The translations under genes were made by a program, and so were the position numbers. A DNA stretch of 64,000 bases from Tetramitus jugosus. Lineage: Eukaryota; Protista; Heterolobosea. This document shows, piece after piece, positions 24,394-34,565 of this stretch. Below the pieces are notes generated by a model, which saw only the letters and a list, made by a program, of their open reading frames with translations, was not told the origin of the DNA and searched no databases. The stretch spans positions 1 through 64,000 of the forward strand of contig OW569378.1 in the NCBI GenBank assembly GCA_937625935.1, read 5' to 3'. Positions within the stretch are counted from its first letter, which is position 1. Each line of letters starts with the position of its first letter.

Positions 24394-25893
24394 ATGAGTC
24401 ACGATCGACCAAGAGTCAGAAAAGAAGACATTGACCAACAAAAAGAACAAGTCAAAAAACTAAAAATCAAAGAATTTGTCTCATTCAAGAACAAGTTGGT
24501 CGATGGACGATCACAAGGCAATTATGACTTGAGTATTTTGGACGCATTGGACAAGGGTGTTATGTTGGGTCCTGATATCAACACACTGTGGAACTATAGA
24601 AAACAAATTCTGTGTCATTACATGCAACAGGAGATTGATCAAGGGAATATGCCATGGGTTTACAATGATGATGATGATCATAGTAAGAAGACTCCGTATC
24701 GAGTGGTTGTGACGAGTCATCAGGATGATGATCATTCGGAAACGTTTCCCTATGATTTGAATGCAGATCGTTTACAAATTTGTAAGCATGAAAAGTTGCG
24801 TCAATTGTTTGAACATGAATTGGATGTGACAGAGAAGGTGTTGCGAGAGAGACATTTGAAATCATATGGTTGTTGGTATCATAGAAGATGGATCATTAAA
24901 CATTTGCCTCACAAGTGGCAAAATGAGTTACAATTGACGGCAATGCTCTTGTCTGCAAGAGTCGATGAGAGAAATTTTCACTGTTGGAATTATCGTCGAT
25001 ATGTGCTTCAATTGGCAAACGTTTCACCAAAGGAGGAGTTGAATTTTACAATGGAGAAAATTATTGAACAAACATCCAACTATAGTGCATGGCACAATAG
25101 AAGTGCTCTCCTGTGGGAGTGTAACAAGATTGATAACGAACCTGTGGAGGAAGTGTTGAGTCGAGAGTTTGAAGTTGTTCAAGATTTGTTCTACACTGAT
25201 CCAAAGGATCAAAGTGCATGGATCTATCACCGATGGCTTCTGCACACACCAGAGAGCCAAAACCTGTTGGAGAAGAGTTTAGAGTCATGCAAGGATTTGT
25301 TAGAAGCACTAGAGGATCCAATAGAATGCAAATGGGTCATGTTAACAATCGTTCTCAACCAAATGCAAAGCGATAAGCAGTTGAGTGAAGAAGAAGTGCA
25401 ATACAATCTGGAACTCTTAGACAAATTGATTGAGATTGATGCAACACACAAGAACTATTATGAAGATTTAAAGAGTGATTTCAATGTCAGATTTAAGATA
25501 TCTTCAGGTGAATCCAATACTGTGCTTGCTCTTGCAGATTCTCATTTGACTCGAATTGACTATTTGGGAAAGTGTCCAGATCAAATGAAGACTATTGAAC
25601 GTGTAGAGTTAAGCAACAATGCCATTCGATTTATTCCTAAACTGAAAGTTGGCTCCAATGTCCAAGTTCTTGATCTGTCTTCCAACAATATCGAATTTGT
25701 CGAGAATTTGGATCAATTCCCGCTGTTGAAGGAGCTTAACCTGAGCAAGAACAAGATTACTCGTATCAGCACTGAGAATGGAGTTCTCAGTGACAGTGTA
25801 CGTCTTGTGCACTTGGAAGGAAATCCTCTTGGCTCAACAGTGAATCAAGAGTTGTTGCGCATCGTTTTCCCCAACGCCGAAGTGCGACTGTAA
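24394..25893 (+). CDS. RABGGTA: Rab geranylgeranyltransferase alpha subunit with C-terminal LRRs
   Basis: MSHDRPR N-terminus, PPTA repeats (KSYGCWYHR, DERNFHCWNYR, SNYSAWHNR, DPKDQSAWIYHRW), then LRRs. Confidence 0.9.
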   Translation: MSHDRPRVRKEDIDQQKEQVKKLKIKEFVSFKNKLVDGRSQGNYDLSILDALDKGVMLGPDINTLWNYRKQILCHYMQQEIDQGNMPWVYNDDDDHSKKTPYRVVVTSHQDDDHSETFPYDLNADRLQICKHEKLRQLFEHELDVTEKVLRERHLKSYGCWYHRRWIIKHLPHKWQNELQLTAMLLSARVDERNFHCWNYRRYVLQLANVSPKEELNFTMEKIIEQTSNYSAWHNRSALLWECNKIDNEPVEEVLSREFEVVQDLFYTDPKDQSAWIYHRWLLHTPESQNLLEKSLESCKDLLEALEDPIECKWVMLTIVLNQMQSDKQLSEEEVQYNLELLDKLIEIDATHKNYYEDLKSDFNVRFKISSGESNTVLALADSHLTRIDYLGKCPDQMKTIERVELSNNAIRFIPKLKVGSNVQVLDLSSNNIEFVENLDQFPLLKELNLSKNKITRISTENGVLSDSVRLVHLEGNPLGSTVNQELLRIVFPNAEVRL

Positions 25894-26087
25894 ACAACAA
25901 TGTCCTTGACGAAACGATATTTTGCTCTAGGGCGGAACTCAAAACGCCAAACTTCAATCCTCAACTCGACCAAATCCGATCAGCAGCCGAGCATTTTGAG
26001 TTCTGTTTTTTTTTCTCCATCTTTGATTTCGCAGCACCAACAAACACTCAACAGCAATACCAGAGCCTGACACAGACACACACAAAC

Positions 26088-27158
26088 ATGGACGAATCAT
26101 TAGTCATTGGACCAAAAGATGGCCTCTACAGCCGATCCTCATCTCAATATCATACACTGGTCAGAGATTTTCTCATCCAATCCTACGGTTGCCAAGATTG
26201 TGTCATTACCAGTTCAGGAATGGGAGCCATCAGTGCCACAATTCATGGAATATTGTCAAATCTCGATTTTATCAAGCCCATTACAATAGTTTACTCGCAA
26301 GAGACTTATTGTGATACTCCTCGACTGTTCAAGTACCTGGCAAACTTGCATCCATCCATTCAGCTTGTTTCTATTGATGTGAGAGAGTCGAAAGCCATTG
26401 TTGATCTTTTTGAAAAGGATATGCAAGGCAAAAATGTAATCTTGTTCTTTGAGAGTTGTAGCAATCCAAACGGTTACATTTTTGATTTCTCCATCTTGCC
26501 TCGTTTAAGAGCTGCTTGTCAATGCTTGTTTACTGTCGTGGATAATACATGGCTCACAGAAGTTGTGTTCAATCCACTGCAGGCCTCTGAACACGTTGAT
26601 ATTGTGTTGTTCTCCATGACAAAGTATTATAGTGCGGGAGTGGCGATTGGAGGAGCTATTGTTGGCAACCACAAAGTTATGAACGATATCGGTAACTGGG
26701 TGAGATTCAATGGACAACACACCAGTCCTCACAACTGCAAGCTTACTGCAGAGAACTTGCCATCAATGAAGGATAGAATTACTCGATCTTCCCTGTTGAC
26801 AGAACAAGTTGTCGCTTACATGGCAGAGCAACCAAAAGTTGTGTCGGTGAGTCACCCTTCAACACAAGACCATCCATCACACAAGCTAGCTCTCTCTTAC
26901 TTCAATAAGGAGAATAATGTGACACTATATCCGAGCGTCTTCACTTTTAAGGTCAAAGCTTCCAAGAGCAAGGTTCTAAAGGTGCTTAAGAAGGCACACA
27001 CAATCGAACACAAGACATCCTTTGGATCAGGCATGTCTCGAACTGATCCATGGCCGGAGAGAGATGGAGATTTGATGGTGTGCAGAATGGCAATAGGGTT
27101 CGAAGACAACCTCGAAAGGATCACCAAGGGTATAGATGAAATCATCCATAACCTGTAA
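26088..27158 (+). CDS. PLP-dependent Cys/Met metabolism enzyme (cystathionine gamma-lyase/synthase family, divergent)
   Basis: YSR, SSGMGAI, ESCSNP, VVDNT, SMTKY (PLP Lys), SFG motifs. Confidence 0.88.
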   Translation: MDESLVIGPKDGLYSRSSSQYHTLVRDFLIQSYGCQDCVITSSGMGAISATIHGILSNLDFIKPITIVYSQETYCDTPRLFKYLANLHPSIQLVSIDVRESKAIVDLFEKDMQGKNVILFFESCSNPNGYIFDFSILPRLRAACQCLFTVVDNTWLTEVVFNPLQASEHVDIVLFSMTKYYSAGVAIGGAIVGNHKVMNDIGNWVRFNGQHTSPHNCKLTAENLPSMKDRITRSSLLTEQVVAYMAEQPKVVSVSHPSTQDHPSHKLALSYFNKENNVTLYPSVFTFKVKASKSKVLKVLKKAHTIEHKTSFGSGMSRTDPWPERDGDLMVCRMAIGFEDNLERITKGIDEIIHNL

Positions 27159-27678
27159 ATCGGATTACGTGTTCCGATTCGACAGAATACTTGACTTCTT
27201 ATGGTACTTTTAGCGAGCAGTAACCGTTCTTCCCGAGGACAAACCTGCACGTCTCCCAAATAAAAGCTCAAACTCTCGGAGGATAATCGCACAAAAAGTT
27301 GCGTGCGCGTAGCGACGTGTTTGGATTTTCCAACATAACAAGACGAGACAGATGTTGGGCAGTGATTTATCCACGCACTCTCCTTGTAGGAGCCTGTCAA
27401 GTCCTACTCATCCCTTCGAACTCAAATAAAAAACCAATAGAAACACACTATCTCAACGTTTTATACTGTTCATTGTCAATTACTCATACCAAACACACTG
27501 CATTTCCTCTATTCCTATTGTGGCCGGAAAAGTACTACCGGGCTAAAAATAATCTTAACGTGATCCCATATTTATCCACCAGAACAGTGCGCTACCATTC
27601 CTTGCTTGATCAATCGATACCAATTAATCGATTCAAAAGAAGTAATTTGTGAGTGAATAAAGAGAGAGAAGGAAGAAC

Positions 27679-30525
27679 ATGAAGTTTGGAAAGCGGATCC
27701 AAGCCATTATGGTGCCAGAATGGCGCATCAAGTACGTCAATTACAAAGCACTCAAAAAATCAATTAAAAGAGCCAAGATACGAGCTCTCACGACTGCATC
27801 TGATCACAATGATCAAAGTGTGAGCTATTCGGACTCTTGCGCCACAGCAGCGGATTTTCCTGAGCACGAAGATCATGACTTTGAGCTACAAGAACATGAG
27901 AATCCTCCCGTCCGTCATGAACAAGTTCATTTGCAACCCCTGCAACAAAATGCTGCTCAACAACTAGTTGAGCAACAACGGCAGCATCTAGAACCCAACG
28001 TTCAACAAGTTGAACAAAGGAGGCCATCACAACATGATGAAAGTTGTGTAATAGAGCTACACGATGCTGTTGAATATACTCAACAACATCAAAATGAGCA
28101 GAGTGAATCATCGTCTTCATCAACAACGGCAAACACAACCAAACACTCTAGTGGCACGGTTGAAAGCGTTCCAAGCTCGCCAGAGCAACACCACCATCAA
28201 CATCAACAAGGAGCTAGGACAGAAAAGTCATGTGATGAACAACCAAAAGATGACACCATTATTCAAGTACAAGTCGACGAAGATGCAGACAAGGAAAAAA
28301 CATCCAATAAGGAAGAAGCTAACAATAGTGAGAAAAACAACACAAGAATGGCCTACATGGACGAGCAAGAAGCACTCAAGGAATGGTCAGAGTACATTTT
28401 CCCTAGTTCCTCTCAAGAATTCACTCATTTGCTGTTGAGTGAACTGAACAAAGTCAATGAGTTTTATGAGAGAACGGAGAGGCGGTATGCCACGAGACAG
28501 GGACAAATTCATCAACAGATTGATCTCTATCGGAAGATGAGAGCAAAACGTGGTAAGGGTATCAGCAAGAAGAAGGTTGCTCTGTTGACAAAGGTGTTTC
28601 AAGAACATTATCGGTCGTTGAACTTGTTGTTGAATTATCGTGTGTTAAATTATACAGCAGCCGTTAAGAGCGTGAAAAAGTATCAGAAGAATGTTCCAGA
28701 TGCACCCATAGGTATCTTGCAAGAATACATAACGCATCTAAAGAAACAATACTTTTATAGTTCACCGATTTTGCAAGCGTTGATTGTTCAGATGGAATAC
28801 GTGTTTACAAATGATATTTTCAAGGGAGATCGTAAGAAGGCAATGAATAATTTGAGAGAGCAGGAAAAAACGAGACGAGATTCAAAGAATGAAGTGTTTC
28901 GAATGGGATTGTCGTTCGGTGTTGCTATTGCTCTTACCCTTTATGCGATTTACTACTATTTTATGGAGTATCCGGGTTATCGGTACAAAAAGCCCCTGCC
29001 GAGTTACTCGAGCTCAGTGTTCTTTGGTTATCGATTGACACTGTTGCCGATTATCATGGGCTTATTAGGAACATTGAATATGAAGATTTGGAATCATGTG
29101 CGGATTAATTATGTTTTCATCTTTCAATTAAATCCGAGAGAGCACTTGTATCCGGCACAGATTGCAGAGATGTTGTTTTGGTTGTATAATATGACAATGT
29201 TTAGTTTGATTGGTTACATGTGGTCAGTAGTGATGGAGTATCGAAACATTATTAATTTTAAGGGACTCGCTTACATTTATCCAATCATCAACGGTGGATT
29301 AATTATTGTGTTTTGGTGTTTGCCTGTGAAATGGTTCTATGGAAAGGCAAGATACTGGCTCATACATACACTAGGTCGAATTGCTATAGCACCCTTTTGT
29401 GCTGTTAAATTTAAAGACTTTTTCATCGCGGATCAATTGACTTCTCTATCCAACGTACTGTTCGAGATTCAATTCGTTGTTTGTGTCTATCCCGTGATTA
29501 ATTCCGAGGGTGGAAAGGGATTCTGTGACAAGTATCAAGGATTAGGTATTCCAATTTTGAATGTACTACCCATGTGGTCTCGTTTTGCTCAATGCCTCAG
29601 AAGATTTCGAGACTCGCGTTGGAAACAGTGGAATCCTCACATGATCAATGCAGGAAAGTATTTCTTCTCCATTTTGGTCGCAATCATGGCGTTTGTAGAT
29701 CGTGCCGTGTTTCACTATACTTCCCCCATGTTATGGAATCCAGCAAAGGGTTTTTGGTTCGCTTTGGCAATAATCTCTTCGCTCTACAGTCTGTTGTGGG
29801 ATCTGATTATGGATTGGGGATTGATGCAACCAAAGTACTACATGTTGCGTAAGGATCTACTGTATCCGAAATGGGTCTATTATTCGAGTATGATAGCAGA
29901 CATTTTGATGAGATTCTTTTGGGTTGTTCCTTTCCTCGTAAAGGCTTATGCGGCTCATGCGACTGATCCATGGCTTCCATTCCTGTTCATTTTGGTGGAG
30001 TTGGTCAGAAGAGGCATGTGGAATGTGATTCGACTGGAGAATGAACATTTGAACAATTGTGGCCAGTTTAGAGCTGTGACCGATGTACCATTACCTTTTG
30101 AGGTGCAGGAAGATGATGCCAAGGCTATTTCTAAAACCTACAAGAAGAATAGTCCCAAATCAATCGTTGACAGAATCGTTCGCTTTGTCAGCTGTGGTAA
30201 ACTTCGATTGGTGGATGTATTCTTCTGTTTTTCGGGTAGCAGTGAATCGAAGGACAAGGATGTAAGATCAGATCCTATAGGCGATTTTGGTGAGGAGCAA
30301 ATCAATCAAGAGGATGATGACGATGAAGAAGAAGATGAAGAACGTTATAGTGATCAACAACGAGAGGATCGGAGTGAACAACATCTGCCCAACAGAAATG
30401 AAACAAGGGTACGGATCGAAGATTCAAGACGGAGGGTTCGACATGTGCTCTCAGAGCATTTAGACATACAGTCAACAGAGGACGAGAGCCACCACAGCCA
30501 CAAGAGTCATCTGGAATCATCATAA
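27679..30525 (+). CDS. SPX-EXS phosphate exporter (XPR1/SYG1/PHO1 family)
   Basis: MKFGK...EW...YVNYK.LKK (SPX), DFFIADQLTS, QCLRR, WDLIMDWG, RR.MWN.IRLENEHLNNCGQFRA (EXS). Confidence 0.96.
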   Translation: MKFGKRIQAIMVPEWRIKYVNYKALKKSIKRAKIRALTTASDHNDQSVSYSDSCATAADFPEHEDHDFELQEHENPPVRHEQVHLQPLQQNAAQQLVEQQRQHLEPNVQQVEQRRPSQHDESCVIELHDAVEYTQQHQNEQSESSSSSTTANTTKHSSGTVESVPSSPEQHHHQHQQGARTEKSCDEQPKDDTIIQVQVDEDADKEKTSNKEEANNSEKNNTRMAYMDEQEALKEWSEYIFPSSSQEFTHLLLSELNKVNEFYERTERRYATRQGQIHQQIDLYRKMRAKRGKGISKKKVALLTKVFQEHYRSLNLLLNYRVLNYTAAVKSVKKYQKNVPDAPIGILQEYITHLKKQYFYSSPILQALIVQMEYVFTNDIFKGDRKKAMNNLREQEKTRRDSKNEVFRMGLSFGVAIALTLYAIYYYFMEYPGYRYKKPLPSYSSSVFFGYRLTLLPIIMGLLGTLNMKIWNHVRINYVFIFQLNPREHLYPAQIAEMLFWLYNMTMFSLIGYMWSVVMEYRNIINFKGLAYIYPIINGGLIIVFWCLPVKWFYGKARYWLIHTLGRIAIAPFCAVKFKDFFIADQLTSLSNVLFEIQFVVCVYPVINSEGGKGFCDKYQGLGIPILNVLPMWSRFAQCLRRFRDSRWKQWNPHMINAGKYFFSILVAIMAFVDRAVFHYTSPMLWNPAKGFWFALAIISSLYSLLWDLIMDWGLMQPKYYMLRKDLLYPKWVYYSSMIADILMRFFWVVPFLVKAYAAHATDPWLPFLFILVELVRRGMWNVIRLENEHLNNCGQFRAVTDVPLPFEVQEDDAKAISKTYKKNSPKSIVDRIVRFVSCGKLRLVDVFFCFSGSSESKDKDVRSDPIGDFGEEQINQEDDDDEEEDEERYSDQQREDRSEQHLPNRNETRVRIEDSRRRVRHVLSEHLDIQSTEDESHHSHKSHLESS

Positions 30526-30709
30526 AACGATAGAAGTTGCATGATAGATACCAAATAAACATAATTAAGTTATTACACAATTCCCATCGCTTCCAGCAGG
30601 TCACTGGAGCGGTGAACTTCAGTTTCCGAACCGAAAGATATCTCAACAAAAAGTGGCACAAAAGTGACAAAAAGATCGAAAGTAAACAATAGATTACGCC
30701 CAACAAGCA

Positions 30710-31342
30710 ATGGACCCACAAGAACAATACTCTAGTAAACCTCATTCATTTCAAGAACAACTTGATGACCCATCCACTGAAGATCCAACTCCAGATACTC
30801 TTCTATCAGTAGATACTGAACCAGAGCTGTACCTGAGCAATACTGCATTGAGAAAGAAACAAGAAAAGTTTGGTACGATATTATTACTACTGTCTACAGC
30901 GTTGTTTTTGGGTGGTGTCATATATTGGACGATACATGTGATCATCTTTGCAAAACAATTGAAAAGGAGTGACAAGAGTAGCAAGACACTGTTTGGACCA
31001 TGGTTTTTTGGTTTAGCTTTTCCAATTGCTGCCTTAATGACAATCACATCGATCGTTGGTATTGTGACCGCTCGATGCAACAAACCAGAGCAAACAAAGT
31101 TGCGCAACGGAACTGCATTGGTTCATATCATTGGACTACTTCTCTTGCTTGGTTTGGAATCGCTCAAAACTCTGATTTTGATTATTGGCATTAGTCGGAT
31201 TGCTGGTTGGTTTACTCTGTATTACATTGCAGTCTTAGGTTTTATGGTGCTGTATTCTTTTGTGCCTTCCTTAGGTGTCGCTGCCTACAGATTTCACTTG
31301 ATGAGGAAAATGCCAGTTGATCAACTTGCACAAGATTCATGA
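30710..31342 (+). CDS. Hypothetical four-TM membrane protein
   Basis: 210-aa ORF with four hydrophobic segments. Confidence 0.75.
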   Translation: MDPQEQYSSKPHSFQEQLDDPSTEDPTPDTLLSVDTEPELYLSNTALRKKQEKFGTILLLLSTALFLGGVIYWTIHVIIFAKQLKRSDKSSKTLFGPWFFGLAFPIAALMTITSIVGIVTARCNKPEQTKLRNGTALVHIIGLLLLLGLESLKTLILIIGISRIAGWFTLYYIAVLGFMVLYSFVPSLGVAAYRFHLMRKMPVDQLAQDS

Positions 31343-31399
31343 CCTACTGGAATCCGCCACTGCCTCATTTTTGGGTCCCATGGAACTTCACATGCGGTT

Positions 31400-31505
31400 A
31401 CAGAAGTGAAAGCATGGGGTTCGTTTTTCCGATTGCTGCTCGATTCAACATGCCAGAGCAGGTTACGGTCGCTGTGAATAGATTTCACTTGATGAGGAAA
31501 CACGC
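31400..31505 (+). pseudogene. Collapsed tandem paralog remnant of the 30710 gene
   Basis: Three collinear blocks homologous to the upstream gene, including a 21-nt identity (31289-31309 = 31480-31500). Confidence 0.75.
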
Positions 31506-31679
31506 AGCATGTTTCAGGTTTAGGAACCTGTTACACAGTTTTTAACAGAGCTTTATCTTTGATATTTCTGACTGATGGATTGTGTTCCTAGGAGTTCAGG
31601 ACCTCCAAAGAAACAATCAAGCAACATTATAACAAACGAAACGGGAACACTTGCTACAAAATTTATTTACAATGCAATC

Positions 31680-31925
31680 TTATGGATTCTTTTGCAACAA
31701 GTCAAAAATGGATTTTACCTGATTAGCAAATGACCGACCACTGGCTTCACTCTGTGCTTGTTGTTGCTTATCTGCACTGAGTTCAAACAAGAGCTTTGAA
31801 AATTGTTCCAATTCTGTTTGACATGCTCTTCTGTCCTTTGTTTTCTCTACACAACTCAGGACATTGTTAAGAGACTCAAACAATTGTTGATCTGTGATTG
31901 GTATCTGTTGTTGATCTTGCGACAT
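31680..31925 (-). CDS. Small hypothetical protein
   Basis: 81-aa ATG ORF with typical composition, filling an intergenic gap. Confidence 0.55.
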   Translation of the reverse strand: MSQDQQQIPITDQQLFESLNNVLSCVEKTKDRRACQTELEQFSKLLFELSADKQQQAQSEASGRSFANQVKSIFDLLQKNP

Positions 31926-32105
31926 GATCTGCTATGATTTTTTGCTTTGAGCTTCTTGGAAGAACATTGGCCGTGAAAACAAGTTTTCCCGATCCTCTAG
32001 AAAAGACAATTGAAAGTAGGAAGCTATCGTATGGATTGGGGAGTGAACCGAATTTTTATTTACAATGGTTGTGGTTGTTCAACCACATTCAGGTGATGAG
32101 AAACT

Positions 32106-32975
32106 TTAGAACTTGCCTGCATAATAGTCCATGAAGGCTTGTCTAATCTCTTCGTCAGTATTCATGACAAATGGTCCATGTCGGGCCATTGGTTCATTGA
32201 GTGGTTCTCCACTGATGATGACCACTCGGAATGGCTTCTCAGGCGAAGCTTCTTCTGCTTCCCAAATAAACTCTTGATCATTGCCATTGGTCGATTCCTT
32301 GAAGAACAAGCAATGCTTGTGCGAAAATGGTTGTCCACTCTGAGTACCAGCAAGCTTACCTGCACCGCCCAAAACGTACATGAATCCCTGATGCTTTGCA
32401 GGTATCATATCCGCATAACTCTCACCAGGCTTGGTCAAAACAACGTCCAAATAGAACAAGTCTTGATGAAGCTTCAGAATGGACTCGAGTCCCGTCGTAG
32501 TGGACTTTCCAGCAATGACTGTGACCTTGCAATTGTCTGTCACTTGCTTCACCACCATATTCTCCGCAGTGAGATCTTGATAACTTGGTTCGACCATTTT
32601 GGCTGCTTTTGGCAAGTTGACCCACAGTTGCATTCCATGAGAATTGTTAGCCATTGGCATTTCACTATGAACAATACCTCTTCCAGCTGTCATCCACTGA
32701 ACTTCTCCCGGTTTGATCACTCCACTGTTGCCCTTGTTGTCCTTGTGCTTGAATGAACCGTCAATCATGTATGTTACGGTTTGAAATCCTCGGTGAGGGT
32801 GGTTAGGGAAGCCGTGAGGTGGTGATACATTGAATTCATCCAACAATAGGAATGGATCCCAGTAGTCAACCATGGATCCGACTGTTCGAATGACTTTTGC
32901 TCCGACTCCTTCACTTTGTTCACGTCCGAGGGCAGTCTTGAAAATTTTAACTAGATTACTGTTACTTGCTGACAT
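32106..32975 (-). CDS. Pirin family protein
   Basis: DPFLLLDEF, HPHRGF, WMTAGRGIVHSE, QLWVNLP, GPFVMNT motifs. Confidence 0.97.
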   Translation of the reverse strand: MSASNSNLVKIFKTALGREQSEGVGAKVIRTVGSMVDYWDPFLLLDEFNVSPPHGFPNHPHRGFQTVTYMIDGSFKHKDNKGNSGVIKPGEVQWMTAGRGIVHSEMPMANNSHGMQLWVNLPKAAKMVEPSYQDLTAENMVVKQVTDNCKVTVIAGKSTTTGLESILKLHQDLFYLDVVLTKPGESYADMIPAKHQGFMYVLGGAGKLAGTQSGQPFSHKHCLFFKESTNGNDQEFIWEAEEASPEKPFRVVIISGEPLNEPMARHGPFVMNTDEEIRQAFMDYYAGKF

Positions 32976-33313
32976 TGTTTGTCCTAGATTACTGTTGTTG
33001 TTGTTGGTTGTTGTTATTTACTTGTTTTTTTTTGTTGTTGTTGTTTGTTGGATCTGAAAACATTGGGGCTTAAATATGGTTGTGGCAAATGGTATTGTTA
33101 CGTCGGCCAAATATTCGGAGGTACGTCGGACAATGTAATTCCGTTGGAGCTTTAGTGAAAATTTGAAGCACTGCATGTGGTGTGCATTACTATTTGTGTC
33201 TATTACTGTATTTATGTGTTATGTTTGATCAATGTGTTGGTGTGATTTATTCAGATGGATGGAGCACTGCTGCTGGAACAACAGGACATCTGCCTGAGTC
33301 TCCATGAAACTGA

Positions 33314-34378
33314 CTAGGCGAAATGAATCACGGATCCTGGACCAAAGTATTCCTCGAAAGGAGCAATGTTACCATCTGGGTTATGCTTCTTGTTCGCATT
33401 GTGGTCGTTAAAGATTGCAAAGTGTACATGCTCAAAGGCACCTTCGTAGTCTGGTAGTACCTTGTGAAAGAGTCGAGCAATCTCTCTTGGTGGATTACTG
33501 TAAGCTCCACAGCCAAAAGCACTCAGTACAACAGCTTTCATGCCTTTCAACAGAGCCATATTCAGAATCAGTCTAATTTTCTTCTCCGTTTTCTCTGCCA
33601 TCTCGTCAGTGAAGCGCAGCACACCATTTCCATCATAATACGTCTTTGGTTTAAGATATGCCGCCACGGTGATAAAGTTCATTGTCTGATAGTCTGCAAG
33701 GAATTCGTAACCAGTTGCTTCCGATGATCTGAGTACAACAGCATCCGGAGTGAAGACACCAGAAAAGTCCTGCAACGGATACGACCATGTCCTGTTCTTT
33801 GCAATTTTGTCTGGATCGTGAAGACATTGGAACAAATTGGTTCTTCTGTGCAAGTTTTCTTCTTGAGCTCCACTTCCAGCAAGGTATCCACCTCCTGGTG
33901 TTTTCTGATTGGCCATATTGAGAACAGCAACAGGGTAATCTGGGCCATACTTTTGTTTGAGTAACAAACCAGCTTCAAGGCAATCGCCAATCAGGACACG
34001 AACATCTGTCGTCGAATACTTTGCGATCGAATTTCTCAGTGCTTCATTGATTGCATGTTCATCAACAGTTGCATCAATCAGTTCAGATGCCTCACTGGAA
34101 TGTCTAGTGATGCGTTCATCAATTGCAACACTTGTGCAAGTTGCGCTGCCAGATGAGCCATCTTTGTGGTACACGACATACCTACCATCTCTACATGCTT
34201 TCATTGTTTGATAGATGACGATTATTCTCAATTGAGCAATACTCGATCTGTTCACGGGTTGTTGACTCGTCACCTTCTGAAACTGAGTGGACCATTGCAC
34301 ATGATCATGAAAGTACTTTTCGCACACTAGTCGTTTGTCTTTCACTGCGACATAAACATCAATAGGTGGTGCTTCCAT
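33314..34378 (-). CDS. Microbial-type PARG macrodomain protein (TIGR02452/DUF2263-like)
   Basis: VLNMAN..PGGGYLAGSGAQEENL and LSAFGCGAYSNPP motifs. Confidence 0.9.
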   Translation of the reverse strand: MEAPPIDVYVAVKDKRLVCEKYFHDHVQWSTQFQKVTSQQPVNRSSIAQLRIIVIYQTMKACRDGRYVVYHKDGSSGSATCTSVAIDERITRHSSEASELIDATVDEHAINEALRNSIAKYSTTDVRVLIGDCLEAGLLLKQKYGPDYPVAVLNMANQKTPGGGYLAGSGAQEENLHRRTNLFQCLHDPDKIAKNRTWSYPLQDFSGVFTPDAVVLRSSEATGYEFLADYQTMNFITVAAYLKPKTYYDGNGVLRFTDEMAEKTEKKIRLILNMALLKGMKAVVLSAFGCGAYSNPPREIARLFHKVLPDYEGAFEHVHFAIFNDHNANKKHNPDGNIAPFEEYFGPGSVIHFA

Positions 34379-34550
34379 TATTTGTTGAGTTCTGTTTTTG
34401 GTGGATCTTCAATCCATGGATGGATTGTTTTTCTTTCGTCATTTGAAGCTAAACTGACAAAGCACCGTGTTTTCTATGCAACACCCACAATAGGAAATTT
34501 ACAACACATTGAAGAAGATTAACCAAGCAAACAAAGGAGCGCATGTGTTC

Positions 34551-34565
34551 TATTATTAGACCTTT
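34551..34565. repeat. Target-site duplication copy 1 (TATTATTAGACCTTT)
   Basis: Identical to 35875-35889 and 40867-40881. Confidence 0.93.

Noticed and set aside
27158-27423. Telomerase RNA, U3, SRP or RNase P/MRP identity for the structured segment
   Set aside because: No template longer than one repeat, the box D position reads CTGT, and no SRP helix-8 or correctly ordered P4 motifs are present.
34542-34547. CATGTG left of TSD1 resembling the elements' start-codon context (a third element)
   Set aside because: No ORF1 homology, A-tail or further TSD to the left. Likely chance.
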